Below, in pieces: positions 45,605-55,119 of a stretch of 64,000 nucleotides of DNA (position 1 is the stretch's first letter; each line of letters begins with the position of its first letter). The position numbers and the translations under genes are program-made. The notes below the pieces were generated by a model. It was not told the DNA's origin, did not search any database, and saw only the letters and a list, made by a program, of their open reading frames with translations. The stretch comes from a virus. The stretch lies in the IMG/VR virus record IMGVR_UViG_3300038463_000277, positions 4,960 through 68,959 of that record. One strand, given 5' to 3'.

Positions 45605-46096
45605 ATGTCACTAGGCCAAAAGCAAGCGCTGGAAGTGTTAGAAAGGGAGCTTAAACAAATACGCGAGGAAAATCGCCTTGAAGAGCAAAGCCTCGAAGAG
45701 ACCATCAACGCGCTGCGCCGGAACATGGAGAAAACGGAGCAGTCCAAAAAGAAGAGGAGAGATTTGACTGTCAAGAAAGGCGGCTGGGTAGGTATGGCCG
45801 CCCCGGATGCAATTCACGCCTACCTTGCGCAAGCGGATGGCCCGGTCTCGTTTCTCGCGCTGGTCGATGCGCTAATAACGGGCGGGGTCGATCTAGGCAC
45901 GGACCCGAAACGGTACGAGCGGAACGTGCGCTCGACGCTCGGGAACACTCGCGACCGCTTTCTTTATGATCCTGAAAAAGAGATGGTGGATTTATTGCCG
46001 TCGTCGGGATTGTTGAAACGTGCGAAGGCGAAGCGCGAGGCGAAAACGAAGGCTAGAAAAGCAGAAAAGAAAGCGCACAAAGAAGCAACCGCTTAA
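45605..46096 (+). CDS. Coiled-coil plus wHTH-like basic protein
   Basis: AGGAG SD; Lys-rich tail. Confidence 0.65.
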   Translation: MSLGQKQALEVLERELKQIREENRLEEQSLEETINALRRNMEKTEQSKKKRRDLTVKKGGWVGMAAPDAIHAYLAQADGPVSFLALVDALITGGVDLGTDPKRYERNVRSTLGNTRDRFLYDPEKEMVDLLPSSGLLKRAKAKREAKTKARKAEKKAHKEATA

Positions 46097-46473
46097 CCCC
46101 CGCCAAAGAACGCCTTCGAAGGATCGGGCGCGCCGGGCGCTAGAAGGCTCTTACGATACTGCGGCAGCAATCCCCCTGCTGGCCCGCCCCGGCCCGCCCC
46201 ATAAGGATTCAAAGGTGTCTGCCCCATAGCTGGCGGCGGTGCCTGTCCCGTACCGAGCGAAGTTGAGCCGATAGCGCCGCCGAGCTTTGGCAGCGGCGCG
46301 ATGGGCTGCATCGGCGTGGCAGCCTGAGCCGGTTGCATGGGCGTCGGGGCGCTTAGAGCAGTGCCCGGCAGCAAGGGCGATGCGGTCGGCCCCTGCGCGG
46401 CGCTGACGCCGTTTGACTGTGCGCCGCCGATGCCACTTGGTGCTGCGAAAGTCTTTGCTGAATTCGCGCCCAT
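46093..46473 (-). CDS. Pro/Gly/Ala-rich disordered protein ending AFFGGG
   Basis: AAGGA SD; last gene of the late operon. Confidence 0.6.
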   Translation of the reverse strand: MGANSAKTFAAPSGIGGAQSNGVSAAQGPTASPLLPGTALSAPTPMQPAQAATPMQPIAPLPKLGGAIGSTSLGTGQAPPPAMGQTPLNPYGAGRGGPAGGLLPQYRKSLLAPGAPDPSKAFFGGG

Positions 46474-46647
46474 TTATTTTCCTTTTTCACGCCGGTAGAT
46501 AAGCCCTAATTTGTACGCCACGGGATCAGCGGCACGCTTCGCGTCATCCTCCCGCGCGAACTTCAAGGCGCGCGTGACTCTAGCCCAACCCTCGGGCGTG
46601 AGCTGCTCGAAAGGCTTTTTCTGGGACTCGGTTGATTGTTTCTCCAT
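46474..46647 (-). CDS. Small hypothetical protein (57 aa)
   Basis: MEKQSTESQKK...; stop abuts the next ATG. Confidence 0.45.
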   Translation of the reverse strand: MEKQSTESQKKPFEQLTPEGWARVTRALKFAREDDAKRAADPVAYKLGLIYRREKGK

Positions 46648-46757
46648 AAGTTCTCACCCTAGAACAAAACGCGCGCTTTTACAACGTCACAAAGTAACCG
46701 CGAGTAATGCCACTTTCGGGTGTGGTGAAAGCCCGCACGGCAACCTATATTCACAGC

Positions 46758-46970
46758 ATGATGATTCTCTTCGACTCATTCGACTTGAAGAACCTCCGCG
46801 AGTTTGCCTGTCCGATATGCTTCGAGCCGAGCCCGGTCACGCTCGGCGAAAAGTGGCAAGTGTGCCCGCAGTTCCATTTCACGAAGACGAAGACGATTTG
46901 CCCAACCGACCGAACGATTGACCCTAATAGTGCCCCTTCTCGCCTTCCTTCACCGCATCCGCATCAATGA
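46758..46970 (+). CDS. Small zinc-ribbon protein, antisense to the late operon
   Basis: CPIC...CPQFH; TATATT just upstream of the ATG. Confidence 0.4.
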   Translation: MMILFDSFDLKNLREFACPICFEPSPVTLGEKWQVCPQFHFTKTKTICPTDRTIDPNSAPSRLPSPHPHQ

Positions 46971-49900
46971 CAATCACTCGTCCATCGGGCAGCCTGCCCA
47001 AGTTATAGGTCGCGGCATCCCAGCTTAAACCCTGAGCGTCGAGTTTTTTGGTCATCGCGATGGAGTCTGCCTCGGTGATGCCCGAAGTGTCTACCCACGG
47101 GTAAATTCCGACATGCACTTTCTTGCTTGCGCCCTGAATCACTTCTGTTTTGATCGGCGCAATCACGTCGGGACTCTTGATTGTGCTCGGGGGCTCATCG
47201 CTGACTCGCATCACGTTGCCGTTCTTCAAGTCGAACACTACAGCCTTAGTGCCGCTGTTCAAGTACGAGATGGGCTCGGTACTGTTCTCCGCCGCGAACT
47301 TGCGAATGCTCGACATCGTTTGCGGCCCGGTGGGGATGGTGTTGTTAACGTGGTAATTGAAGTCGGCGCTTTCATCGTCCGACATGGGGCGAGGTTCGTG
47401 AGCCGCTGGAGCTGGAGCCGTGGCTCCGGGCGCGGGCTCTCCTCCTTCGGGAGCTTGTCCAAGTTCTTTGCCGATGGCGGCGCGAATCTGCGGGTAGATT
47501 TCCTTAAAAACTCCATCGAGCTTCTCGCCCTGCGTAACGCGCTTGCCCGCGTCTTCTAGGATTGAGCCCACGGGGCCAGATTTGTACTGCACTCGGTTGA
47601 AGTGTTCCGCGAGTTGCTGCGCGCCCGCCGCTTGCTGCGCGGATTCGTTCATGTCAACGATGTTCTTGCCACGGGCGAGAGCCGCTTGCCGCGATGCGTC
47701 CGCCTTCGAGATGAACTGCAAAGCGGAAGTTTCTCCACGGAGCGCGCCGTCGATCTTCGAAGCGAGGCGGCCCGTTGCGACCGCGTTCGATACCGAGTCT
47801 TCTTGGTCGCCGAAGAGCCCTTGTGTGGTGGTCGCGGTGTTGCCCTGCTCCTTGATGCGCAAAGCCTGCTGCTGTAGGTCCGCCGCCGAGAGGCGATGCG
47901 AGGTTGCCATCTGCGCGAGCGCGGCCTGCTGCTTCGGATCGTCGAGACCTCCAACCGCGACGGCTTTGTTCTCGTCAATCTCACCCGAGCGATACTTGTC
48001 CCACATCGCATCGGAGAGATTGGAGAGGGCGGAGCCTTTCTTTATTACGTCGCCCGTCAGATTGATGCCGCGAGCCGCGAGCGCGCCGGTCGTTGTGCCG
48101 GTCTGCCGCAGATAGCTCGCAGCGTCGAACGGTGTCGCATTCCCCGCCTCTAGATTTTTCTCCGCTCCAAAGCGTTTCGCTTCGGCGGCGTTTGCAAAAT
48201 CATGAAACCGCGCTTCGATTTCCGGCGTGCCCGTCGCGACGGCGTGATTGTAACGATGATGCCCATCGACGACTTTGACCTTGTTGTCGGCTGGATCGCG
48301 CCAAACGTCTATCGGCCCGGCCTTGTCCTGATCCCATGGCGCGCCTTCGGGTATAGTCGGGCGCGGCATCTGCCGCCATTGGAAAGTCGCGGGGTCAGCG
48401 GTCAGGTCTTTGGTCTGCACCATGCGCACTGCCGAGGGGCGGCCCATGGTCTCGCCGTCGGGTTTGGTCGCGGCGGGTTCGGACTCTGGCGAACCGCCAA
48501 ACATTTCGTTCTGCGGGCTCGCGCCGGTTCCACGGAAGAGCGGCGAATTTGACTCCATCGCGCCCGCTGCGCGCTCGATGTTGCCTTTGGGTTGAGCGAG
48601 GTCGGCGGTCATGCTCGCGCCAGCTTCGGCGCTGCGCACGGTCGCACGTTCGGCTACGTGGTTTTCCATGCCCGGCAGTGATGGCTCTGAGGTAGCACCC
48701 TGCGGCTCTCTCACCATATAGCCGAGCGCCGGATCGGTGCCGGGCTCGGGAACGAAGCCGTGTTGCCCGTACCATTTGACTAAATTGTCTTTCCCTAACC
48801 GCGTTGCTTCATCGCCATAGGGGGACGCCGTTAGCTCCATGGTCACGCCGTGCTTGTCCGCGATGTCGGTGATAGACCGAAGTGCGGAATTCCCCGCGCC
48901 GGTGCCGGGCTTTAAGGTTTGGATTCCTTTCAGCCGTAGCCTGCCATCGTTTTCGGCGACGGTAAAGGTCGCGTTCGGCCCGTCCTTGCCCATCGAAGCA
49001 TATTCTTTCGGATTGGTGCCCGCGCCCGGATTGTTGGGGTTGACGGGGAACTGCTTGTCGATTTCCTGTAACGCTCCATGGACTCCGGTCGCCGTTGGCT
49101 CGGGAGTGGCCGCTGCCGGGGCTGGCGGGGCCGCTGGGGCGCTCGCTGGCGGTGGCGTGGTCTGAGGGGTGCCCTCTGTGAGCTGGCGAGGCTTCGAACG
49201 CCCTGCCTCCCATGGCATGACGGGGCGGGTTTGGGCTGGGATCGTGGCCGGGCCTGCCGGAATCGGACCTCTTTCGGTCGGTACATACTGTTGGCTGTCC
49301 ATGAGCTGCCGGGGGACGACTCCAGAGACCGGGTTGTGTTGTGGCGCGGCGTATTGGCCTGCGGGCAACGCGCCCTTGATGGTCGGCGGCGGGGCCGTCG
49401 CTTCCGGCATGTACTGGCCTTCGTGAACTTCGTTTGGCAGCATGAGGCGCGACGGAACGGGAATGGGCGATGCGCCTGCGGGTCTAGCACCGGGCGCGGC
49501 GGCGGCATTGACGGCGCTTGTCGCGCTCGTGGCCGAGGTCGCGGGGAGCTGCGGCGGTACTGGCCTCGGCGCGGCGGTTGCCTGCGGCCCCGGCCCTCCG
49601 GCGAGAGGCGGCCCTTCCGGCATCGCGTTTGCGGCGCGCTGCGCGAGCATGTCAGGCGCGTTGAAATACTTGTGAATTTGGCTCGCCGCAATCGACCCGA
49701 CGCCGCCCAAAGCTGCGAGGGGATGCCCGGCCATGAGCGCGGCGAGAGCTTCGCCGCCGCCGCCTAGCAAAGTTAGTTGCTGTTGGAGAGTCGAGCCTTG
49801 GTGACGCGCGTTTACCACGGCGCGCTTGTCGAAGACTTTTTGAATCTGCTTGAGCGCGCCGTACTGCTGGCGCAACCCGGTCGGATCAGTCTCGCCGTTG

Positions 49901-51105
49901 GCGGTGAGCTTATCGTCGATGGCAGTGCGCAAACCCGCTGCCGCGTCTTCCATTGCCGAGATGCTGCCGCTCGTCATGCCTGCGGCGTGCTGCATGTCGG
50001 GCGTCATTCTGTAATAGCCCTTTAGTTCCGCGTTGAGCGTTTGCAGATAGTCGCTCGCTTTCGCGATGGTGATAGGGCCGTCGAACTTGCTGGCGAAGTC
50101 AGTTGCCCGCTGCGCTTTTTCAGGGAAGAGGTCTCTCATCCCATCCGTGACACCGGAGCGAATTTTGTCGCCGATGGGTGAGCCGTCGATAACTGCCGTC
50201 GCGTTGCGGTCGATCTGCGGTTGATAGAACTGTTTATAGAGCCTGTCAGCGGCTTCGTGTGCGCCGTCCGCCATGTTCTCCGCGCTCTTGATCGGCTTAA
50301 TTTTGTTTTGCTCGGCGATGCGCGGCCCCGCCGTATCTACCGCGTCAGAAAATCCACGGTCGAGGACGGACGGCCCTCCGGCCTTGTTCATTAACTCTTG
50401 ACCTGAAAGCCCGATGCCCGTCGCGTTCTTCCCTGCATTCAAGACGGCCTTCGTGCCTGCCGTTGCGCCTTTCACTACGCCGCCGCCGACGGTATCGACT
50501 ACGGAGTTAGTAACCCCCTCGCCCGTCTTTGTGCCGAGCCCGAGCATCGCCAATTGCGCCGATGCCGAGCCTAAGCCGTGCGCGATCTGTTCCGGGTCGC
50601 CCGACTTGATACCCTGACCAACTTCCTCGCCTGCTCCAACCGTCGCGGGTCCGAGGAGCGGGATCGCCGCGCCGACCGCATGAACGACGCCGCTAAATTT
50701 ATTGGCTAGACCCTCACTCCGTAGCTCTTGCTGACCCTTTTCGAAAAGCGCGTTCTGCGAGTCGTACATCGAGCCGCCGACTAACTTCGCCGATTCGACC
50801 GGATGTTTGATGATGTTCCACAAGCCGGGGACGCCCGTGAAGTCTGAGGCGTGCGAGGTCTCGGGCAATCCAGCGCCACTTGCCGCACCTAACATTCCCT
50901 CGCGCAATACTCCGCCGACCTTTTGGTCAACGGTGCGCGGGGTTGCCGGTGTCGCCACAACTGGCGGCGGACCCGTAGTAACCGGCTTACCCCCTAGATC
51001 GGAGAAGTCAATCGGGCCGGGTGCTGGCGCGGGCGGCGGCGGACCAACCGGCTTGCCCCCTAGATCGGAGAAGTCAATCGGTTGAGTACCAGAGTTACTT
51101 GCCAT
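46924..51105 (-). CDS. Large polyvalent ejection/internal virion protein (GNAT, ParB-like and kinase-like domains)
   Basis: Position after smaller ejection genes; GTGAG..LVKWYGQHGF, VVDGHHRY, NSGTKAVVF..WDAATYN..VIDADA. Confidence 0.8.
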   Translation of the reverse strand: MASNSGTQPIDFSDLGGKPVGPPPPAPAPGPIDFSDLGGKPVTTGPPPVVATPATPRTVDQKVGGVLREGMLGAASGAGLPETSHASDFTGVPGLWNIIKHPVESAKLVGGSMYDSQNALFEKGQQELRSEGLANKFSGVVHAVGAAIPLLGPATVGAGEEVGQGIKSGDPEQIAHGLGSASAQLAMLGLGTKTGEGVTNSVVDTVGGGVVKGATAGTKAVLNAGKNATGIGLSGQELMNKAGGPSVLDRGFSDAVDTAGPRIAEQNKIKPIKSAENMADGAHEAADRLYKQFYQPQIDRNATAVIDGSPIGDKIRSGVTDGMRDLFPEKAQRATDFASKFDGPITIAKASDYLQTLNAELKGYYRMTPDMQHAAGMTSGSISAMEDAAAGLRTAIDDKLTANGETDPTGLRQQYGALKQIQKVFDKRAVVNARHQGSTLQQQLTLLGGGGEALAALMAGHPLAALGGVGSIAASQIHKYFNAPDMLAQRAANAMPEGPPLAGGPGPQATAAPRPVPPQLPATSATSATSAVNAAAAPGARPAGASPIPVPSRLMLPNEVHEGQYMPEATAPPPTIKGALPAGQYAAPQHNPVSGVVPRQLMDSQQYVPTERGPIPAGPATIPAQTRPVMPWEAGRSKPRQLTEGTPQTTPPPASAPAAPPAPAAATPEPTATGVHGALQEIDKQFPVNPNNPGAGTNPKEYASMGKDGPNATFTVAENDGRLRLKGIQTLKPGTGAGNSALRSITDIADKHGVTMELTASPYGDEATRLGKDNLVKWYGQHGFVPEPGTDPALGYMVREPQGATSEPSLPGMENHVAERATVRSAEAGASMTADLAQPKGNIERAAGAMESNSPLFRGTGASPQNEMFGGSPESEPAATKPDGETMGRPSAVRMVQTKDLTADPATFQWRQMPRPTIPEGAPWDQDKAGPIDVWRDPADNKVKVVDGHHRYNHAVATGTPEIEARFHDFANAAEAKRFGAEKNLEAGNATPFDAASYLRQTGTTTGALAARGINLTGDVIKKGSALSNLSDAMWDKYRSGEIDENKAVAVGGLDDPKQQAALAQMATSHRLSAADLQQQALRIKEQGNTATTTQGLFGDQEDSVSNAVATGRLASKIDGALRGETSALQFISKADASRQAALARGKNIVDMNESAQQAAGAQQLAEHFNRVQYKSGPVGSILEDAGKRVTQGEKLDGVFKEIYPQIRAAIGKELGQAPEGGEPAPGATAPAPAAHEPRPMSDDESADFNYHVNNTIPTGPQTMSSIRKFAAENSTEPISYLNSGTKAVVFDLKNGNVMRVSDEPPSTIKSPDVIAPIKTEVIQGASKKVHVGIYPWVDTSGITEADSIAMTKKLDAQGLSWDAATYNLGRLPDGRVIVIDADAVKEGEKGHY
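50980..51082 (-). repeat. Two copies of a PIDFSDLGGKPV-coding repeat
   Basis: AACCGGCTT[A/G]CCCCCTAGATCGGAGAAGTCAATCGG near 50980 and 51046. Confidence 0.85.
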
Positions 51106-51149
51106 TACCTGTTCCCCCGTGAGAACGTGCCAGTTGAGGTACTATTCTT

Positions 51150-51278
51150 ATGTTTCAACCGTGGCCCTGCTTCCTTATCTGCTCAGCCTGCGCAGTCGTT
51201 TTCTGGCTCTCAACCCTCAAGCAAGCCCGCGACATTGAACGCGAGCAACGCCATCTCGATTGGTCTAAGAAACCCTAG
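51150..51278 (+). CDS. 42-aa single-TM protein, antisense moron
   Basis: MFQPWPCFLICSACAVVFWL...; TACTAT just upstream; fills the intergenic gap. Confidence 0.45.
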   Translation: MFQPWPCFLICSACAVVFWLSTLKQARDIEREQRHLDWSKKP

Positions 51279-53098
51279 TGTGTGGGCATCACCGTCAATC
51301 CGGGGTCTCGTATCCTCGCCTTTGCCAGATTTGCAGTCGGAATATCGTGGGGCCGTCCATCGGATGCGGTGATTCGCGTGTACCCAGCGGCGGGCGGTTG
51401 CGTAATGACCGGCGGCGCGGCAGCGGGCGGCCCGCCTCCGGCAGCCTGTTTAGCTTTCGGCTGCGATTTGTTGATTGCGGCTTGTTCCTGCTGATTCAGC
51501 ATGGTCATCTTCGACTGCGCGAGCGACTGATATTTATCGAGCGCCGAGAGCATGGTTTCTGCGTTCGCGTTGTCCGGCAAGGTCGCGCCGTTCTCTTTGA
51601 TTTCGGTGTCGGTCATGTGGCTCGCGGCCAACATCTTCGTAATTTCATGGGTGTACGCGCCAGCGACGACCTTGAAATCGTTAAGGTCTTTCGAGCCGAA
51701 TTCCGCCTCGAATCTATTGCGCAGGCTGTTGATCGTGCGCTCGTCGCCATTGTCCAAAGCCGTGACAACCTGCTTCAAGAGTTCGGCGTGTTGAATCGCG
51801 GTCGTGAATGCAACCTTCTGGTCGCCGATGTTGCTCGGCACTTCCGCGCCCATGGCCTTCTTCGCAACTGTCATACTTGCCGAGTTCGGTCCCGCTGCGC
51901 CAGTAGCGAGCGCCGTCGAGCCTGAGACATACTTGCTTTGTCCGGGGTTATCTGGGTCCGCGATTAAATGCGGCCCCGCGAGCGAAGCCGGGCCGTAACC
52001 TTGTCCGCCCGGACCTTTCACGGGCGTCGCCGACGAATCGCCTCGATTGACGACTACGAGACCGGCATCGGTCATCACCGGCATATTCTGGAAAACTTGC
52101 GCCCTCTCAAGGGAAGCGAGATTCGACATGCTCATCTGCTTGCCGATGAAGTCGGTTGGGATTTTATATTGCTGCGCGAGTTCGGGAGTGATCGCTACGC
52201 CTTGCGCGCTGCCCGGCACCATTTGATTCGTCTTCGTGTCGAACAATCCGACGCCGGGGACGGCCTTGTAATGCTGTGTGCCCTGCTGCGTCGCCTTCGC
52301 GTCGTTCAATCCAGCCGTGGATTGGTTCTTGTTGATGAGCGAGTCCTGCACATCCATCGCCTTTTGCGCCTGCAACCTTTGGAAAGCCATTTGGTTCGGC
52401 AAGTACGCAAGCGCCGCGCGCTGCGTTTGTAGGTTCATCTGGTGCTGCTGCATCGCCTGATTTTGCGCTTGCTGCTGATCTTGCGCCTGCTGCGCCATGG
52501 CGAAGCCCTGACCGAAGTTGTGACCCTGTGACCCTTCGGCTGCGCCTGTCCCCGCGATGCGGAGCAAGGTGAAGAGCTTGCCGAGCTTCGAGAGTCCCGC
52601 GCCCGCCGCGCTCGGTAGTCCTGTGTTCGGATCGGTCGAGGCTTGCCCGTAGCCCGGCGTAACAAGTTTTGGAGCCCCTGCGACGGCGGGCATACTCGCG
52701 TCGAGACTGCCATTCGGCGCGGTCGTTTGGTTTGGGTTTTCCGGCGTCGGCAACGCTGGCACGGTGAGCGGTTGCGACATGACCGGCGCTTGCGCTTGCT
52801 GACTCGGCGGCCCGGCAGCGACCGCTCCGGGCGGCGCGTCGGCGGGTGTCTGCGGCGGAACGGATACGTCCGGTTGCGGCGTGACGTTGGTCACCGCAGG
52901 CGGGTTGATGGTCATGGGCGCACCTTCTGCCGCGCCTTGGCGCTGATCTAGCAGAGTGTTCGCAGTCGCAATCGCGTCGCCCTTTTTCATGTACTTGATG
53001 TTTTTGGGCGGGGGCGGAGTTCCGCCCGCGAGGTCTTGCGCGGTCAGCGGCGGCGTGTAATCAACGCCGGTTTGCGTGAGTGTCGGCCATCCTGACAT
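51275..53098 (-). CDS. Ejection/DNA-transfer protein
   Basis: Pro/Gln-rich N-terminus and helical C-terminus; synteny. Confidence 0.7.
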   Translation of the reverse strand: MSGWPTLTQTGVDYTPPLTAQDLAGGTPPPPKNIKYMKKGDAIATANTLLDQRQGAAEGAPMTINPPAVTNVTPQPDVSVPPQTPADAPPGAVAAGPPSQQAQAPVMSQPLTVPALPTPENPNQTTAPNGSLDASMPAVAGAPKLVTPGYGQASTDPNTGLPSAAGAGLSKLGKLFTLLRIAGTGAAEGSQGHNFGQGFAMAQQAQDQQQAQNQAMQQHQMNLQTQRAALAYLPNQMAFQRLQAQKAMDVQDSLINKNQSTAGLNDAKATQQGTQHYKAVPGVGLFDTKTNQMVPGSAQGVAITPELAQQYKIPTDFIGKQMSMSNLASLERAQVFQNMPVMTDAGLVVVNRGDSSATPVKGPGGQGYGPASLAGPHLIADPDNPGQSKYVSGSTALATGAAGPNSASMTVAKKAMGAEVPSNIGDQKVAFTTAIQHAELLKQVVTALDNGDERTINSLRNRFEAEFGSKDLNDFKVVAGAYTHEITKMLAASHMTDTEIKENGATLPDNANAETMLSALDKYQSLAQSKMTMLNQQEQAAINKSQPKAKQAAGGGPPAAAPPVITQPPAAGYTRITASDGRPHDIPTANLAKARIRDPGLTVMPTH

Positions 53099-53101
53099 AT
53101 G

Positions 53102-53584
53102 TCACCTTCCGTAAAAAGCGTTGCCGGGTCCGCCCGTGTCGCCCATGCTCCCGGTCGTTAACCCTGTCACGTTCCCGTTCGCGTCCTTTTGCACGGCATA
53201 GCCGGGCATCCGAGGGGGTTGCGCCATTTGTGCTTGCTGCACGGGCGGCGGAACATATTGCATCGGCGGCAGGGTGAACTGCGGAGCCGGGCCACCTTGC
53301 CTTGGTTGAAGTGATTTCGCGAGTCCACTCGACGGCGCTGTTCCAGTTCCCGCCCCACTGAGAGCTTTCATTAGGTTCGGGTGATTCTGCGCGAAGTTTT
53401 TATTTGGCGCTAAGCCCGCTTGCAGAGGCATAGTCGCTGCCGGACCCATCTGCGTCGGCGGCATGGCCGGTGCTGGTCCCGCCGCGCCCGGCAATGGCAT
53501 CGGCGGCGCTGCGCCCATCTGTGTCGGCGGCATGTTTGGTGCCGGTCCTGCTCCTCCACCACTACCCGCGCCCGTTGCTCCCAT
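53102..53584 (-). CDS. Pro/Gly/Met-rich disordered protein ending AFYGR
   Basis: GGAGG SD; MPPTQMG repeated twice. Confidence 0.65.
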   Translation of the reverse strand: MGATGAGSGGGAGPAPNMPPTQMGAAPPMPLPGAAGPAPAMPPTQMGPAATMPLQAGLAPNKNFAQNHPNLMKALSGAGTGTAPSSGLAKSLQPRQGGPAPQFTLPPMQYVPPPVQQAQMAQPPRMPGYAVQKDANGNVTGLTTGSMGDTGGPGNAFYGR

Positions 53585-53605
53585 ATAAAACCTCCGTTGA
53601 ACTTG

Positions 53606-54181
53606 TTACTTCCCTGCGTAGGCCGCGCCAACCTGACCCGCTGCTTGGATTCCAGACTGTGCGAGCCCGCCGATAACACCCAGCGCCGTCGGCTTCTGAG
53701 GTCCGCTGATAATCGACTGGTTTGCGTTGCCCTGCATCCCGCCGTAACCCATGGCCTGCTGACCGGCGATCTGCTGTTGTCCCTGCACTCCAGCCGCGCC
53801 CTGATTTTTTGCCATCTGTTGCGCCATCATGTTTTGCGTCATCGAGGCGTCGAAGGAATTCGCTTGCTGCGCGCCGAGGTTCGAGGTCAATGAGTCGCGA
53901 TAGCCCGAGGGCATGTTCCCGTATTGCGACGTTTGCCGAAGCATCTGCGCGCGCGCTGGGGCATAGGCTTGCGCGTTCGCACCCGCGCTGTAGTCGGTGA
54001 GGGAGTTATAGAACGGCAAGCCCTGCTTCATCTGATTGTTGTAAAAGCCGGTGGCCCCGGTTTGATCGGCGTTCTGCTGGCCTTGCTGCTGGATCATCTG
54101 CGAATTCGCATTGCCCGCGAGACCCTGCTGCCCGCTGATTGAGCTATTCAACTGCCCCGCTGATACTCCTCCACCGCCCAT
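53606..54181 (-). CDS. Gln/Gly-rich ejection (pilot-like) protein
   Basis: MGGGG start; C-terminal glycine-zipper hydrophobic segment. Confidence 0.7.
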   Translation of the reverse strand: MGGGGVSAGQLNSSISGQQGLAGNANSQMIQQQGQQNADQTGATGFYNNQMKQGLPFYNSLTDYSAGANAQAYAPARAQMLRQTSQYGNMPSGYRDSLTSNLGAQQANSFDASMTQNMMAQQMAKNQGAAGVQGQQQIAGQQAMGYGGMQGNANQSIISGPQKPTALGVIGGLAQSGIQAAGQVGAAYAGK

Positions 54182-54190
54182 AAATCCCCC

Positions 54191-54631
54191 TTACTTAATT
54201 TCGTAGGTGTAACGGTCTGCGGGCTTCATGCCGAAGGCTGTCATCCAATCGAGATAGTTAGGACATCGCTCCTCGGGAGCTTCGTCCTTCGCGATGTGAA
54301 CGAGCACTTGCGCGCCTCGGTAACCCTGATCGTGTAAGTAGTCGGAAGCTCTATCGACGAGCTTCTTAGTCGCCGCGTTGTCGGTGAAGCGGCAGACGGG
54401 AAAGTCGGGGCGCAACACTAAGCAAAGCAACCCGAGCCCGCGCACCGGCTTGCCTGCCTCATCCACTTCGCAGGCGAACCATGCGTTCTTGTAGTCGAGG
54501 AAATTGATTGGCTTCGGACTCGTGACGTGCTTGTCGGCGTAGTCGGCAGCCAACTGAAACAGCGCGTCATCCACGGGGACAAGCGCCCCGCCAACCGCTT
54601 TCCACATAAGTTGAAAAACGTGAACCTTCAT
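54191..54631 (-). CDS. Possible GNAT-fold virion-assembly protein
   Basis: Position analogous to T7 gp13; ...WMTAFGMKP ending. Confidence 0.5.
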   Translation of the reverse strand: MKVHVFQLMWKAVGGALVPVDDALFQLAADYADKHVTSPKPINFLDYKNAWFACEVDEAGKPVRGLGLLCLVLRPDFPVCRFTDNAATKKLVDRASDYLHDQGYRGAQVLVHIAKDEAPEERCPNYLDWMTAFGMKPADRYTYEIK

Positions 54632-55119
54632 TGCTGACGCACTCCGCTCGGCGGCCCGCTCTGTGTCTTGTCGAGCCCGCCAGAAAATACATTCGTCCAA
54701 TCGGTCGGCGGCGTCGGGTTCGGCCCCGGCGCGGTCGTATCCGGCAAGGGCTGCGCTTGAATGTGAACGCGCGGGCCTTCGCGAAATCCGTTAATGGTGC
54801 TGACAAAGAGGTTGGTGACGGGCGGCGTTGCTCCGCTTGATAGCGGGATGAAGAGCTGCCGCGTGCCACGGTCGCGAATCTGCGCGTGCAAGTTGCTCTC
54901 TGTGCCGAGATAGACGCGGTAGCCGGTGACGTTCTCGGAATTGACGGGCAACTTCCAAGTCAGAAGCGTGCCGCCTGCGCCCGGCTGTACCTGCGCATCG
55001 CGCGCCATAAGTGGCAGCTTCGAAGTGCCATGGGTGCGCACCTTGTTGACCGCTTGGTTCCGCTGTTGCAGCATCGCCGTGCGGTTCGAGCCGAGCTGCG
55101 GGCCGATGGAGCTTTTCAT
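54628..55119 (-). CDS. FN3-like tail protein
   Basis: LLTWKLP...VTGYRVY...VSTINGFREG. Confidence 0.6.
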   Translation of the reverse strand: MKSSIGPQLGSNRTAMLQQRNQAVNKVRTHGTSKLPLMARDAQVQPGAGGTLLTWKLPVNSENVTGYRVYLGTESNLHAQIRDRGTRQLFIPLSSGATPPVTNLFVSTINGFREGPRVHIQAQPLPDTTAPGPNPTPPTDWTNVFSGGLDKTQSGPPSGVRQQ

